A stretch of DNA of 64,000 nt from Ramazzottius varieornatus. Taxonomy: Eukaryota; Animalia; Tardigrada. Positions 10,320-23,422 of the stretch are shown piece by piece; position 1 is the first letter of the stretch, and the number at the start of each line of letters is the position of its first letter. The notes below the pieces were generated by a model, which was not told the DNA's origin, made no database searches, and worked only from the letters and a program-made list of their open reading frames with translations. Made by a program: the position numbers and the translations under genes. The stretch lies in the NCBI GenBank assembly GCA_001949185.1, contig BDGG01000018.1:248001-312000 (forward strand). Direction: 5' to 3'.

Positions 10320-13300
10320 TCAACTCAACCTGAGCGCTTTCCTCACACCCACCGAAGACACCACATCCTTCGGCTTCGAATACCCAATTAGTTTCTGCAG
10401 ATTCGCCACCACTTCCGCTGCTGAAACAACATCCGGAAGCCATCAGAGAAAACATATACGGTACAGTACAAGTCAACGAAAGTCCTCCTACCAAGTTGCG
10501 CTTCGGTTTCTCCGGCCGACGGGACATTGCCCAGCTTCTCGCTCTCCATCTTGGCCAGCCTCTGCTGCTGCTCCAAGTACAGCTGATGCAGCAGTTCACC
10601 CGTCAAATTCAGCCCGGATTCAACCTCGTCCTCTTTGGGCACCGCCGTCGGTTTCAGTATGTCTCTAGGGACACTGTCCAGGAAGCTCATATCGATACCG
10701 TCATTGCTCAAGTCCCTCAACTTGCTCATCATCCCTTCCACACTTTCTTCCTTCTTATCAGCGGGCACCACCTCTTGTGGCACGAGCGCATCAGCCTGGG
10801 CTGCCAGTCGGCTCTTTTCTTCGTCTCTTCGAGCCAAGACGCGTTCGTTCAAAGCCAGGACCATCTCACTGTGTTCCCCACCGGAAGCATCATTCAGCAG
10901 CTTCTCAATGCTCTTCTTCACCACTGGGTGCCTCACTTGCTGTCCCCACCGGATCAAACTACCATCAAACCACCATGAAATAGAGCTAAAAGCTACACCA
11001 GGTTCATCCCAGGACTTGGCCAGATAACTTTTCCAAGTGGTGCACTCTTTCCGTTTGGGACGCTTGCGCCACTTACGGAAAACCATCTGGTCGAGCTTGT
11101 TTGTCGATATCTCATCTTGAAAAACGGACAAGATGTTCCAGCAAATGACAAATTAATTCAGGAACTACAAAAAAATGTACCTTTCAGCGTAGGCAATACC
11201 ATGATCAGAGCCATAAGCCGAGCGCAGCATGTCGACTTCCTCTTTGGAGAAGACGGCAGCCTTCGAGTCGTACAGCGGCGCATGACTAGAGAAAGCGCCG
11301 TAGTCCAGGTAGTATTTCTCGAACACTGCAAACAGAGAAACACACAGGGTCACAGTTACGTCAAGGGCAACACTCTAGCCACAAAGACTGCCGAAGACAG
11401 TAGAATGCAGGGAAGGCAGAAAGTTTGGTGAAGTCGCAGGAGTTCCTTCCGGTCTTCAGCCGCTGTTCAAAATCTGTCTGTGAACGAAAAAACACTATCA
11501 GAAAAGCAAAAAGAAGCAAAGAAGAGAGTGTCAGAATTCATGGAGCCCACTGCGGCGATCTGCATTCCGGCGAGCAACGAAAAAACTCTCGTCAATCTTC
11601 GTTTTTTCTATACACTCTCAAACAAAATGTCCAAGACTGCTCAAACTAAACGACTCTTCTCTCACCGGCTACATCACCAAACAACCTCACGAGTATGCCC
11701 TCACACAGAGCAAATTCCTTACCTTCGCAACCGACCGAGGAACGCCGACAGTTTCTTTCAGACTGGCGCTACAAGACCTACAACAAGAGCATGGGAGTTT
11801 GGAGATGTGCCTGGGGCATGAAATCCAGCAAAGACATGTTCTTGACCGAATGATCTATCCAGGTTTAATTTACTCTTCCTCGAAAGTGATTAGGAACCCG
11901 CCAGTGCAGGTAAGGTTCTTGCCCAAAACTTTCAGGTTCACTAAAATAATCCACTAAAAGAATCCCCTCATAGTTTTTTACTCACCTCACAGAACCCTCT
12001 GCCGCCTCCTCTTGTCCCGAACGATCTCTGCAAACAAAATAACAAACCGAACTACTGATGTGGCGGGGAAACATTCTTCATCCATCAAGTATTTTCAGAA
12101 AGACCACCAACTTGTCTTCAAGTTTTCAAATCCTGCGAGACAGGTCATCACGCACAGGGGATCGTAACCGAACGTTTGCTCTACCTTGGTGGAGATTAGA
12201 CCAGTTCCGATGGACCAGAACCCTCTTGCCCAGACCACCAGGGAGGGTACTAACTCCGGAGGACTTTAACAAGAACATCCAGCTAACTTCCTCACCTGAT
12301 CGGATATTTCAGTTTCTTCCGCCTTCTGAATTTATCGAGTAAGCTGTTCCAACCTTCGTATAACGTCACCACACTTTCTGCACCTCCGCAAGCCTGTAAA
12401 ATCATGAAGGAAGACGGAATGTGGCTTGCCTGTAGTCTTGTCCATCTTGGGACGAGTGTCGAAGCGAGGCAGCCGCATGGTGCCCATCTTCAGCGGACCG
12501 GCCAGCGCTCCAATCGTTAGGTTGCTCTTAGCATCGGGGTTGAGGAGGTTCAAGCTGATGCTTCCATCAGCCAGTCTCACCGGCATCACCAGCTACAAGA
12601 AGAAGCACCATCAGCCAGGCCCAGTGAAGTCGACAACGGCTGAATTTCACGTTACGGCTGACCATACCTTACTGGACGTTGTGGCGAGCCGTTCGGCCAC
12701 ATCGCTGCCAGCCTTCTTCAACTGCTCAAGGACTTCAGTCTCGCTTTCCTCGGGAATATTCTCATATGGACCATTCAGACTTCCAGGCCTGCAGAAACAA
12801 AGTACACATCACTCAGAATGTAAACCGCAGCCGGGTAAAAGCAAGTGGAAGTCCTGGAAGTCTTACCGGAACTTTGACGAGATGATATACTCTTCCAAGT
12901 CATCTTCGACAGCGACCACTTCTCCTCTTTCTTCTTTTAGCTCTTCCATAATCTCTGCCTGACCCAGTGGCAAGTCAACTAGAGAGGCTGACGCTCTAGG
13001 CTGAGAAGGTTCGGCTGACAGACGGGAAGACGCCTCGAAGTCCAGAACTTCGGCAGGGATGGAATCGACTCCGTGAACGAACCTTTTCGCGTTTTTCAAA
13101 CGATCCTGTAAAAAAAAACTGAGTATGAGATCGTACTAAAGGGCTCGCTGTACTCTTTCAAAACTATTCTGAAGGTGCTTCTGATCATTCACTCACCTTG
13201 CTCACAAGCTTTGCTCCTATGCGAGAAAGCTTCTTCGCCGCTCGGAAGTAGATCGTATCTGGTGCGTTGTAAGTCATGGCATTTCTGCACATCAGTTCAA

Positions 13301-14415
13301 AATCTCCCTAAAACAGAAAAAAACCAACCTCGCGTATTTTTCTTCATAATAAAGAAATAAGAAGAACGTTGAATGTAATCTCAGTACCTTAAACTGTGAC
13401 AAAGTGTGGTAGTATCCCCTTGCCAGCTTTTTTCGCATGGTACTGAAGTCCACGGGATGTTTGACAATGGAGGAATAGTTCGGAGCGATAACGTCTGTTA
13501 TCGGAAAAGCAAAGAACTTTTTATCATCTTTCCTTTCTAAGTAACTCAGGTAATAGCTCAAAAGTTGGTCGAAAGGACCGACAGAGGCTTGAGAGGGCAC
13601 AGCAGAAGGAACGAGCGTTGGTGCTACAGGTTCCGGTTGCGATAGTGAGGACAGCTGCGAGCTCATGTTGGACGAGGAAGGGTCCAGAAAACTGGAGACA
13701 TGATCGGTTGGAAGGCTAGAAGATGGCTCACATTGACTTTGGAGGGAGAAAGCATCTTGTCCATCCTCAAGCTGGTTCAGGAGATCCTACAAGAGCGAGA
13801 GTATACCATTGCCCAAGTCTCTCATGCAGGTGCACACGCAGATGTTCAGTCTGCCAAGACGTATGAGCACGCAGGTGCAAGACGAGAAGACATGTTCAGC
13901 GCAACAAGAACGCACGTGCATACATCTGCACCGCAATGAGAGCTCCACAGATCGTATGTAGGTGCGAGAGAGTCAGATACTTGCGGGAACATTCTTACCT
14001 TGACATCGATTTGGTCTCCCTCCTCAATCTTCTTCTTTTTCCGACGGCTCCTCTTTCCATCAGAAGATTCGGCCTTTCTCGGTTTGTTTCCGCTTTCCAG
14101 GCTGGTGGAAGGAGCAACGATGGGAGAGAAAGGACCGTCCACAGGGAGCGGAGGTGGCAGTGGAGAGTTGGGGAATGGTTCAGCTGCAACGGCTGGCTTT
14201 CTAGATGCTCCCAGCTTAAGAACCAGTCGTCCTTTTGGTACTGAACTCTCGTCCGATTTGCCGGAGGGAGTTGGGCTGAAAGTCTGGAGAGCGCTTGCAT
14301 CTTCAATGGATTTCGCAACAACGTCCCGCAGACTGGACTGTCCTTCGACGCTAGCGGCCGGAGTAGGACTAGTGCTGGGCAGGTTGGAGAAGCGGATCTT
14401 GCGTTTCAGCGACAT
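10320..14415 (-). CDS. BRD7/9: Bromodomain-containing protein of the BRD7/BRD9 family (multi-exon)
   Basis: Bromodomain FFAFPITDVIAPNYSSIVKHPVDFSTM; DUF3512-type LDYGAFSSHAPLYDS...AYG; C-terminal LNLTGELLHQL...QQQRL and VRKAL. Confidence 0.9.
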
Positions 14416-15203
14416 TTTCCTGGCTTCGGGTCACCTTGGTGAAAGTCCGCATGTGCGGTAGCATCCAGGAGATCTGGAAGGCAAACGGAAAACCTGTGAA
14501 GACTTTTCTTACCGGAATAAAATGAATTTCAAAAATAGTACACGTATTAGTTGTCATTTGTGAACAAGAATAGTGGGCTGTTAAAACAAGCAGCTTATGG
14601 CTTGCACGACACAGCCTAAAAGCTAATCGTAGCAGGCCATTAGCTGCTGACTCTACGAGAGCCCACGATCCCTGGACCCTCACTGTGAACTTTCCGGGAG
14701 TGGGAAGGTACGAAGCCGAAAGTCTTACCGACGAGTTACCGTCCAAGTACACGAGTACAGTTCCATATTTACGACAGTATTCACGTTGGATTGGCGTCGA
14801 CAGATGGCATCATTGGTTATCAAGAAACATCAGAACGATGCCTCTTTCAACCTCTGCTGCTCGGATCCTCCTCAGACCGTGGAAGCAAAGATGTATGGTC
14901 GCAGTGTAACCGGCCTGAACAACATGACGGACAGTTAATCCAGTCTAACAACAAGTCCATATCTTACGGAAGAAAATCACAACACAATACAGTGTACAGT
15001 ATTTCAGAGTTCGGACATTCGTCGAAAAATCGCAAGTAATGCACAGATATGTAGTTCCTTCATTCCTTGTGTTTTAAACTCAAAAATAAGCCCAAGACGT
15101 CACTTGTATATTCACACTTCGATAAAGTGAGGGCTACAGACAATTCAAACTGACAATAGTATGGGAAAAGGTAGACAACAAGGGAAGGCGCCCTGAATGT
15201 GGA

Positions 15204-17040
15204 TTAAAACTCGGCGTCGGTGGTGAAAACGAACTGCGTGTCGCGGTTGTTCATCACGCCAGCCTTGGCGTACTCTCCCACTCGCTTCTCGAAGAAGTTG
15301 GTCTTGCCTTCCAGCGAAATGTTTTCCATGAAGTCGAAGGGATTCTCCACCTTGTAAAACTGCAGCAAGCAAACCGACAAGTTATTCCAAAAGTTCTTTG
15401 CGAAAAACAATTTAAAATCAGGAAAAATGGCCGGGACAATTCGAAATGAGCTCGAATAGATACCTTAGGAACTCCAAGCTCCAGAAGCAGACGGTCAGCC
15501 ACGAACTCGATGTAGCGCTTCATCAAGGTGCAATTCATGCCCAGCAGACTGCAGGGCAGAGCTACCGTCAAGAACTCCTGCTCGATCTGCACCGCGTCGC
15601 AGATGATCTCCAGAATTCGCTCCTTGGATGGCTTGTTGACCAGGTGGGAGAACATCAGGCACGCGAAATCGCAGTGGAGGCCCTAGAAGAACAGGAGCCA
15701 CAAAATCACGACCTAGTAAAAGAAGCTCCATAAAATAGCTCAGCAAACACACTCGACCAGATCGTTTTCCCCAGTTTTGCTGAAGCCACTTAAAACAACT
15801 ATCTTGTTCAAATTCCAAGTGGCGCATGTTTGCTGTGTTGCTGGCTGCTAGCGTGCGCCATTTGAGAAAACAATCTGCTTGAGTCTGTTTGCCGAGCCCC
15901 GACTGATCGCGCACCTCGTCGCGACTGATGAGTTCGTTGCTGAAGGTGAGACCAGGCATTATTCCTCGTTTACGGAGCCAGAAGATGGAGGCGAAGGAGC
16001 CACTGAAGAAGATGCCCTCGACGGAAGCGAAGGCGACGACGCGTTCGCCGTAGGTGGCGTTGGACGAGTTGATCCAACTCAGCGCCCAGTCAGCCTTCTT
16101 CCGCACAGACGGCATCGTCTCCACAGCGTTAAACAGGTAATCCCTACAAGAAATTTAACATCCTGAAACATGGCCAGAAGTCCAGATGTAAACGTGACGA
16201 AGGGACATGTACCGACAAGTGAGGGGGACACTGAGTTACATTCTGTACTTGCCGTTGAACAGGATCTTTGATGTATGTGTCGATCAACAAGCTATACATT
16301 TCCGAATGAATGTTCTCGATGGCGATCTGGAAGCCGTAGAAGAAGCGAGCTTCGGTAATCTGCACTTCCTGGCTGAAACGTTCCACCTGCGGAAGAAAAT
16401 CGTCGTAACGGGCTCCGCCAAAAACCGAAGAATCAGCAGACGAAATCAAGTCGTCAAAATCGGTCGTTTGAAAACTCCAAATCAAAATGCAGACCGCTGT
16501 TCATCAGACACGCTCTTTGTGACCAAAAGACTCACGAGGTTCTCGTTGACGATGCCATCGCTGGCTGCGAAGAAGGCCAAGACGTGGGAGATGAAGTGCT
16601 TCTCGTTGGCCGTCAGCGCTTCCCATTGTTGCACATCCTTCGACAGATCGACCTCTTCCGTCGTCCAGAACGAAGCTACGGCCTTCTTGTACATCTGTCA
16701 GCATGAACAAAGCTTTCCACGTGATGAAAAAATTAGAAGAGCGATGGAAAGGGCCAAAAATGCACTTTGTTACTACCTGCCAGATGTCGTGATATCTGAT
16801 GGGAAAGATGACGAAGCGATTGGGATTTTCGCGGAGCAGAGGTTCGTCTTGCTCGTTAGCATTCTCGTTCTCGGAATACTCGGCAATTTTGGCTATCTTG
16901 GAAGGTGTCCTGGGCTTGAAGGGACTCTTGCGGAAGCCATCCTTGGAGGGGCTGTTCATGCTGAGGTGGGACAGCGCCTTCGATGGACTCTTGGTTGGCG
17001 TACGGGGAGGTTGAGCGTGCTGCACAGGCATCTTCGTCAT
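15204..17040 (-). CDS. RRM2: Ribonucleoside-diphosphate reductase small subunit
   Basis: [56 protein letters not shown] and C-terminal FTTDAEF. Confidence 0.97.
15816..15864. repeat. Palindromic dyad repeat (arm-N25-arm) in an RRM2 intron
   Basis: CAAGTGGCGCAT-25 nt-GTGCGCCATTTG. Confidence 0.85.
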
Positions 17041-17845
17041 ACCAAGAATCTAAAGCGATGTTCTCAAACGCACAAGGATGATTTGGAATGACTGGGGAGG
17101 GATAAAAAATCGTCAAAAATTCGGAGTGGAAGTAGAAAGCTGAACGATGGAAAATCCGATCGGGAAAATGGAGCGACTGAGCAGTAAGCACAGCCCGTAG
17201 TCTGCCTGGCCAGTCTGATCTGTGTTGCAGTTAGCCGTCCTTTTGCACGGTGGATGGGCGGAACCGTAACGCTGAGATCATAAAAGCGGGAGTTCCAGCT
17301 CGTCTTGGCCTACCTGGTCTTGCAATCGATTGGAATACCGCAAACCACATAGCGAAGCGAGTAGGCCAAATAGTCAGATGAGGCTGCTTGGATCAAAACG
17401 GTGAAATTGGCCTGTCAGACTTCGCGCCAAATTCTCTCCAAACTTTCAAAGGGACGCTTTGTTGTGGTTTTGGTGGGCGATCAGCTGATCGACCGATCAG
17501 ACTTCTCAAAATCTATAATCAATCCATAATTGCAATCCATACTCTCAAAATCCATAATCCCAATCAAACGGCACGAGCCGCACGACCGGGTGACGACCGG
17601 AAGTTCGGAGTGGATTCCGGGAAGCATCATGTATGTTTTGCGTCGAGAAATCGAGACTTCGTATTTTGCCAGTGCGTCAGTGGATATCCCGAGCACAAAG
17701 ATCGGGAGCACATAAAACAAAAGGCTCACATGAAGGACTCGTATACGATCAGTATAACAGCCGTTTAAGCGAATTCAAAAAATTACAAATTCAAAGAGGA
17801 ATACAACAACGATAAGCATGGCTTCAACGAACGTCGGCGGTGAGT

Positions 17846-18656
17846 TTAGAATCTGGCACGTTTCCTCGAATCTGTTCGCTGAGGTTGGGCCCTCGTGCTC
17901 TGGGCACTCTTCACCAGATGTGACGCCTTCAAGAATTTCGTTCTGCGGTCCAACCAGTCGCTCAGCGCCGTCTGCTCTGCTTTGCCCATCTGCAACAACT
18001 GCACTTCCGACCTATCCAGACGATTGTACAGATTGGTCAGCGTATCGCGATGCGTGCTGTTGGACCAGTCCATAATCTTCCGGAAACGATGCTGGAACGT
18101 CTGTAAACACAACCGTAAGATACACAAAGACTTGCAACGGACAAGAAAGTTGCACCTTACCGAAGTGAGAGATCTGCGAATTTCCTTGGCGTCATTCAGG
18201 CTGAACGGGATGATATACAATCCCAAGGCGTAATAATTTTCGGAAAAGCGCCAACGAAACCTGCCAGCGCATTCTTTGCGTAGATCCACGACGGCAGGAT
18301 CGACGTTGAGGATCTTGCGGGCTTCTTCTTGGTAGGCAGGGGGGATTTGGATGGTGGCGTACTGACGACGATACATCAGAGTGGCCATCCACAACGGCAG
18401 ATCCAGCGTCGTGCCTACTGTTAGGTCGCCTGCCTCCGAGCTAGAACTGGGATGGATGTAGCCTGTAGACAAGAACATACTTAGTCCGACAGGCCCAACA
18501 ACATGAAATGTTAGTGAGATGGAGACGTGAAAGAACCGACATACCAAGACCAGCAAAGTCGACCGTGACGGTGCAGGCTACTTTCTCGTCCGTAACCATT
18601 ATGTCGCTCAAGCTGAGGTACGTCTCGTGGGTCGTGGCCAGGTAAAACTCCTTCAT
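17846..18656 (-). CDS. GINS3: DNA replication complex GINS subunit PSF3
   Basis: YLSLSDIMVTDEKVAC, DLTVGTTLDLPLWMA, LNVDPAVVDL, TFQHRFRKIMD, RLDRSE. Confidence 0.9.
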
Positions 18657-18808
18657 GTTTCCTGCAGATTTCGGGGGTGCGACAAAGCCTTAGAGAGAAA
18701 GATGGCGAATCGTTTCAATTCCAAGACTATGAAACGAAGCGTCGAAGAATAACTTCCGGTCCCCGAGGTCCGAGGATGTCATCATTATCATGTCACAAAT
18801 CTTACCAG

Positions 18809-21800
18809 TACAGTTGCTGGAAATTGCCAGATTTTGGCGAATTTAGCGAATGAAGGAGCGCATGCCGAGCGCGGCACTAAACTACGACATGCACCTACCT
18901 ACTGCAGCCCGACGCGCACCAGCACACATAAATTACGTTATGCGGAGGAAGAAACGGCAACCCTCTTTTCTACGCTGACAAGAAACAATCGGGACAAAAC
19001 AGAACGATACACATTAACATAACTTCACGAACTAGCTGACTACAGTTCCGCATTGTTACTTGCGCCGTCAGGAAATCACGAAATATATAATTATTATAGT
19101 TTTACACAAGTAACCGTGTGGAACTGAAGTTTGATAATCGAAAGACAACTTGATGGCAATTTCTTATTTACTGAGCATGATCACATTTTTTGTATAACTA
19201 GGCAGCATTGCACAATTCCATATGTTGAAGACTATTATCAAACGTGTCAAAGTCTTTCAAGCGTCTCATATTAAAAGCAAAACTCATCAGAACTGCTATA
19301 TTATTTTTCTTCATCTGATATCGCTTTTTTCCAAAGAACGAGTTGATAACACTAAAACATCTCTCAACCTCCACCGAATTAACTGGTGTCCATATATTCT
19401 GGAGAGCAATAGCATGCAAGACTGGTAGTTCTTTCGAGTGGCTTCTCCAGAACGAATCCAGGTTCTCCGTGTTGATGAACATGACTTCTTCAACAATCTT
19501 CTGGTAGACCCTCCACTCATCCATCGGGATTTGACTTATCCCTGTAACGCCCTGCTTTGGAAGGATGGTATCTCGCATGTTGATCCATTCTCGGTCTTCC
19601 ATCATTCTCACAGCCTGGCTGAGCTCAAAAATTCTTACCCCCATCAGGAACTTAGACTCAGGATGTTCCTTGGAGACTTGATTCACTTTGGCTTTCGCTG
19701 CAGTGAGCGCAGCAACAAGCTAGGTCTTGCTTTCGGTGTACCAAAGTTTCCTTGTCAATCCGTTCGTTCTTCCTTCTGCTTGTGCGTGAGGATCCAGTTC
19801 GTTGTCCAACAGAAGACCCTCGAAAGTACTGGAGATTCTTGCTGTCGCTTCCAGCACATAAGGGGCGAACGGTAGGCTGTTGTTTTCACATTTCGTCAGC
19901 TCAGCCTCGAGTCTGTCACCGATGTGATCAATAGCGCGCAGCTGAAACAGAAGCTTGTACTTTTCGTCCAGGTTACTGAACATCTCCCGCACGTACTGCA
20001 GGCACTTGGCGACTTAGCCAGAAACTTGACCAGCAACGGAAGGTTCTTGATCAGCTCGCTATAGACGTTGTTCCAAGAGTGGGCCATACAGACGACAAAC
20101 TTAGCATTTGGAATCTGTTTCTCGAGATGTTCTTTAAACGCGTTATGGTTCACGCTTGCGCCGTCTCCGATGAAGGCCAGACAGCTCACTGCATCCAGAC
20201 CGTATTCCAGCATCACGCTCTTCACCGTATCACCCCTCGTTTGTCCAGTCACACTCTTGGGAATTCCAGTCTGACGAGTTCGCCTTTGCCCGAGTTCTCC
20301 GGTATGAGTAACACAGCAAAGAAATGTTTTTTGGCAATCGGACTGGAGTCCACTTCGATGGAATACTTCTTGCCTGTAAGAACAACTCAGTTCAGTTTCG
20401 GCTATTGTGATCGTAATATCCGATGCTTACCGCGAAACTTTTCCATGATGCGTTTCTTTTCAACCACTTGTATTTCAGGAATACCGACTGTCATTAGCTG
20501 CTGCCTTTGAGGTATCGCAGCGCCACCCTCTACGAATGTCCTCAGGAAATATCTGAATTTATCGCTAGCAAGGATGGGTACACCGGCGGCTGCAAGACTC
20601 CTGAACCAGAGACGACGAAGCTTGTTGATACGGGTCTTGACTGGCATGTTCTCGGGTCTTTCGTGCAAAACCATGGCTCGTTTCTAGACGTTGCTCTTGT
20701 GGAAGGTTGTCTTCACATGCATCCTCATGCTGCTGGTAAGAACGGGCTTGTTGCAGGCTGGACAGATGACCGACTTTATGTTCCAGTCCTTCTGCTTGGT
20801 AATGCCAGACGACGAAGCATGATAGTGTGGCTTGAGGAGGGTGTGCTGGGAAGTTCGTTTTCCGTGTTTCTTGGTCCTTTGGTGACGCTCAAGATCCGAC
20901 TCGAATACGGTCTGCTTCGTCCCGAGGGTGATCACGTTCTTGTTGCATGGATGACATAGAACGTGCTGTTTTTTCGGCGAGAAGTCGAAGTGGCGAAACT
21001 CAGGCTGCTGCAGCAGTCGCTCGGGGGACAAGGATGACCGCTTTCTGGTCCGCTTGGTGAACTTCTGGGTCTACGAAGCACTAAGCTTGAAATCAGCTTT
21101 AATTTCGCTTGTCAGTCCGAGTAAGAATTTCACACCTGATCTTGCACCGGCGGAACTGTCTCCGGGCAATTATTCTTCAAATTTGGGGGGAGTTCTATCT
21201 GCAACCATGTCACATAATTATACTAGTGACTCGTACCCTCTACCACAAACCGTAAAAACGTTAACGGCTTACAGGTTCTTGGCATCGATGGTGTATGTTC
21301 TGACCACACTGTGAGCACTGGATAACGTGGTTTCCGTTCTCATCAATCTTGACAAGGACTGTCATACGATACTCCATTTTTTGTAACATAACACGGGTCA
21401 AATATATCAGTTGCTCTCTGCTATACAAACTAATCAAGTAATTTTTGATTCTGGTTTTCCCCTTCCTCTGCGCAAAAAATAAGGCAAAGATACCTCTAAA
21501 AACAACAATGTCTTCAATCAATCGACCAGTCAGTATATCGATCATTCTACAAACAAAGAAAGCGTTTTAATTATCTTATTAGCCTCAAATTATGTTGAGT
21601 CATAACGATCAAGAAGTGCTGATTCATATTCCATTAATTTGAATTTTCATTAGCTGGATGTACTTTTTTTCTTGTAATTTTTACTTTCTTTTACTTTTTT
21701 GCGCAGAGGTTTGCCCCTTTTTTAAGGTACGGCCGAGACGCAGCATTAAAGGAGAGCGGCCGTACCACTTCGGATGCCCTTGTGGACATTCCTCAGCTAT

Positions 21801-22173
21801 ACGCCACTTCCGCGTATGGATTGCCCTTTCTGCCGCCCGTCCGCGTGCCCATGACTGGACGAAGTCCAGAAAACTAAGGCATGGCCTGGCAATCATAATG
21901 GCTGACCAGAGCCCCACGCAACTTACGGGGATGCTTCCGTTGTTGATGTGGTGCCTGTGAGACTAAACAACATCAAAATTTTTTTGCATCGCGTGCCGGC
22001 TTTTATAGGCAAGCTGACACCGTCTATGGGGTATTTTCCCACTTACCCCATGGCAGCCATATGGCACGTACGTACAGCCAGCTGGCTACAAGTGCAGGCT
22101 ATGTCGTAGCTGCGGCCAATCGCTCCGTTATGCTCCGCGCACACTTGTCAACTGAAAATTTCCAGCAACTCTA
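18809..22173 (-). mobile_element. hAT DNA transposon, CGGBP1-like group (3365 bp)
   Basis: TIR TACAGTTGCTGGAAATT / AATTTCCAGCAACTCTA; perfect 8-bp TSD cttaccag (18801-18808, 22174-22181). Confidence 0.93.
19198..21031 (-). pseudogene. Decayed hAT transposase with two N-terminal C2H2-type fingers
   Basis: CHPC...H...H and CPAC...H...H fingers; SIEVDSS, FIGDGAS, CMAH, FW...LPVLHAIA...PVNSVEVERCFS; stop at 20684 and frameshifts. Confidence 0.85.
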
Positions 22174-22220
22174 CTTACCAGCGTGTCTAATGTCATATCA
22201 TGTGATACTTCTGTAACAGC

Positions 22221-22704
22221 TAGAGTAGGGAATTGGGTCGCGCGGCGGGTCCACGCGGAAGCGGGCGGTAACCACCGCTCACTTTCGCCCTGGAATCTGC
22301 TGAAATTGTTACCGCTTGGACTCGCTTAGTATTTGATGTGACGGTTTTCCGCCCGCCCCGCGTTGATGATAACTACGATAAATGTTTAAAAGTAAACTTT
22401 GTTGCGTCACATTGCGAACAACCTATATGATAGGCAACCACAGGAAACTGTTGTCGTATGTACAGTTGGGTTTGTTTGTACTGTAACATCCATGAGTTGA
22501 ATGTCATAAACGCATCTTCAGAATTCAGACTCGTTTGCCTTGCCTGAAGTACCGCTCACTTCCGCTTTCGCGTCGGCATTGAAGGTTTACCGCCCGCTTT
22601 CGCCTTGAGATTACCAAAAATTATTCCGCACAGTCCAGCGTGAACAAGAAAATTTGTGAAATTCTAGTTTCCGCCAAGGAACAGTTGAGCGGTTCCCTAC
22701 GTTA
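22221..22704. mobile_element. hAT-type MITE family C (484 bp)
   Basis: TIR TAGAGTAGGGAA / TTCCCTACGTTA (10/12); TSD gtaacagc/ctaacagc (7/8); CCGC-rich subtermini. Confidence 0.75.
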
Positions 22705-23422
22705 CTAACAGCGGTGGACGGATTTTCTCAGCCTAAAATCAAAAATTACGCATTTGTCGCATACGACCTGGCTCCCATCTATATGCAACGGGAAATTTAT
22801 CATCAATGCGCAAATCCCACCCAATAAACCAGTCAGGCGGTGTTCGAACAACGTTTGGAGCGCGTTTTCAGAAAGAGTAAGAATAATGACTGGTTTACTG
22901 ACGCCTTCAGTTAAGTTGTACTTGATCTTGCTGAGCCGATCTGTGTCTCCGATAACTCGCTGAGAAAATCACCCGTCCAGCGCTGTTCTGTAATCAAAGT
23001 AATGTCAATTGCGAGAGCTCCGCCCAAAAGGCTGGCCTTCCAGCGAAGCTTTAGAATGAATCATAGACCACTTGAGTCATCGTCGAAAGCTGTTCAGGCA
23101 TTCTAAAGCCCTTAAATGGGGCAAACTATGGTAAGTCAGAGATTATGGCGGAAGATCAAAGAGAAATTTCCTGGCACCGAAAGTGGTCTCCACCATTAGT
23201 CATGATTTCGAATTCCCTTTATTTTACGTCCATTCCATCTGGACATCAATTTCCCTTTTGGGTGGCCCCAGCGTATCCAGACAGAGTCCTTAGGGGTAGA
23301 AGCCATCTATTTCCGAGGATCTGTCTGGTGTGGCGAACTCTGGAAGGCAATCGAGCTAGCCGGAGCTACACCATCTCGTAAGTAGCTCCAATCAACCGTA
23401 CCACTGTTGATTTGTTGGCGTT

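Noticed and set aside
16207-17091. 294-aa plus-strand ORF
   Set aside because: Antisense to RRM2 exons and introns; no recognisable motif
17481-17729. 82-aa ORF with a signal-like N-terminus
   Set aside because: Lies in the GINS3 3' / RRM2 promoter interval; no homology or other support
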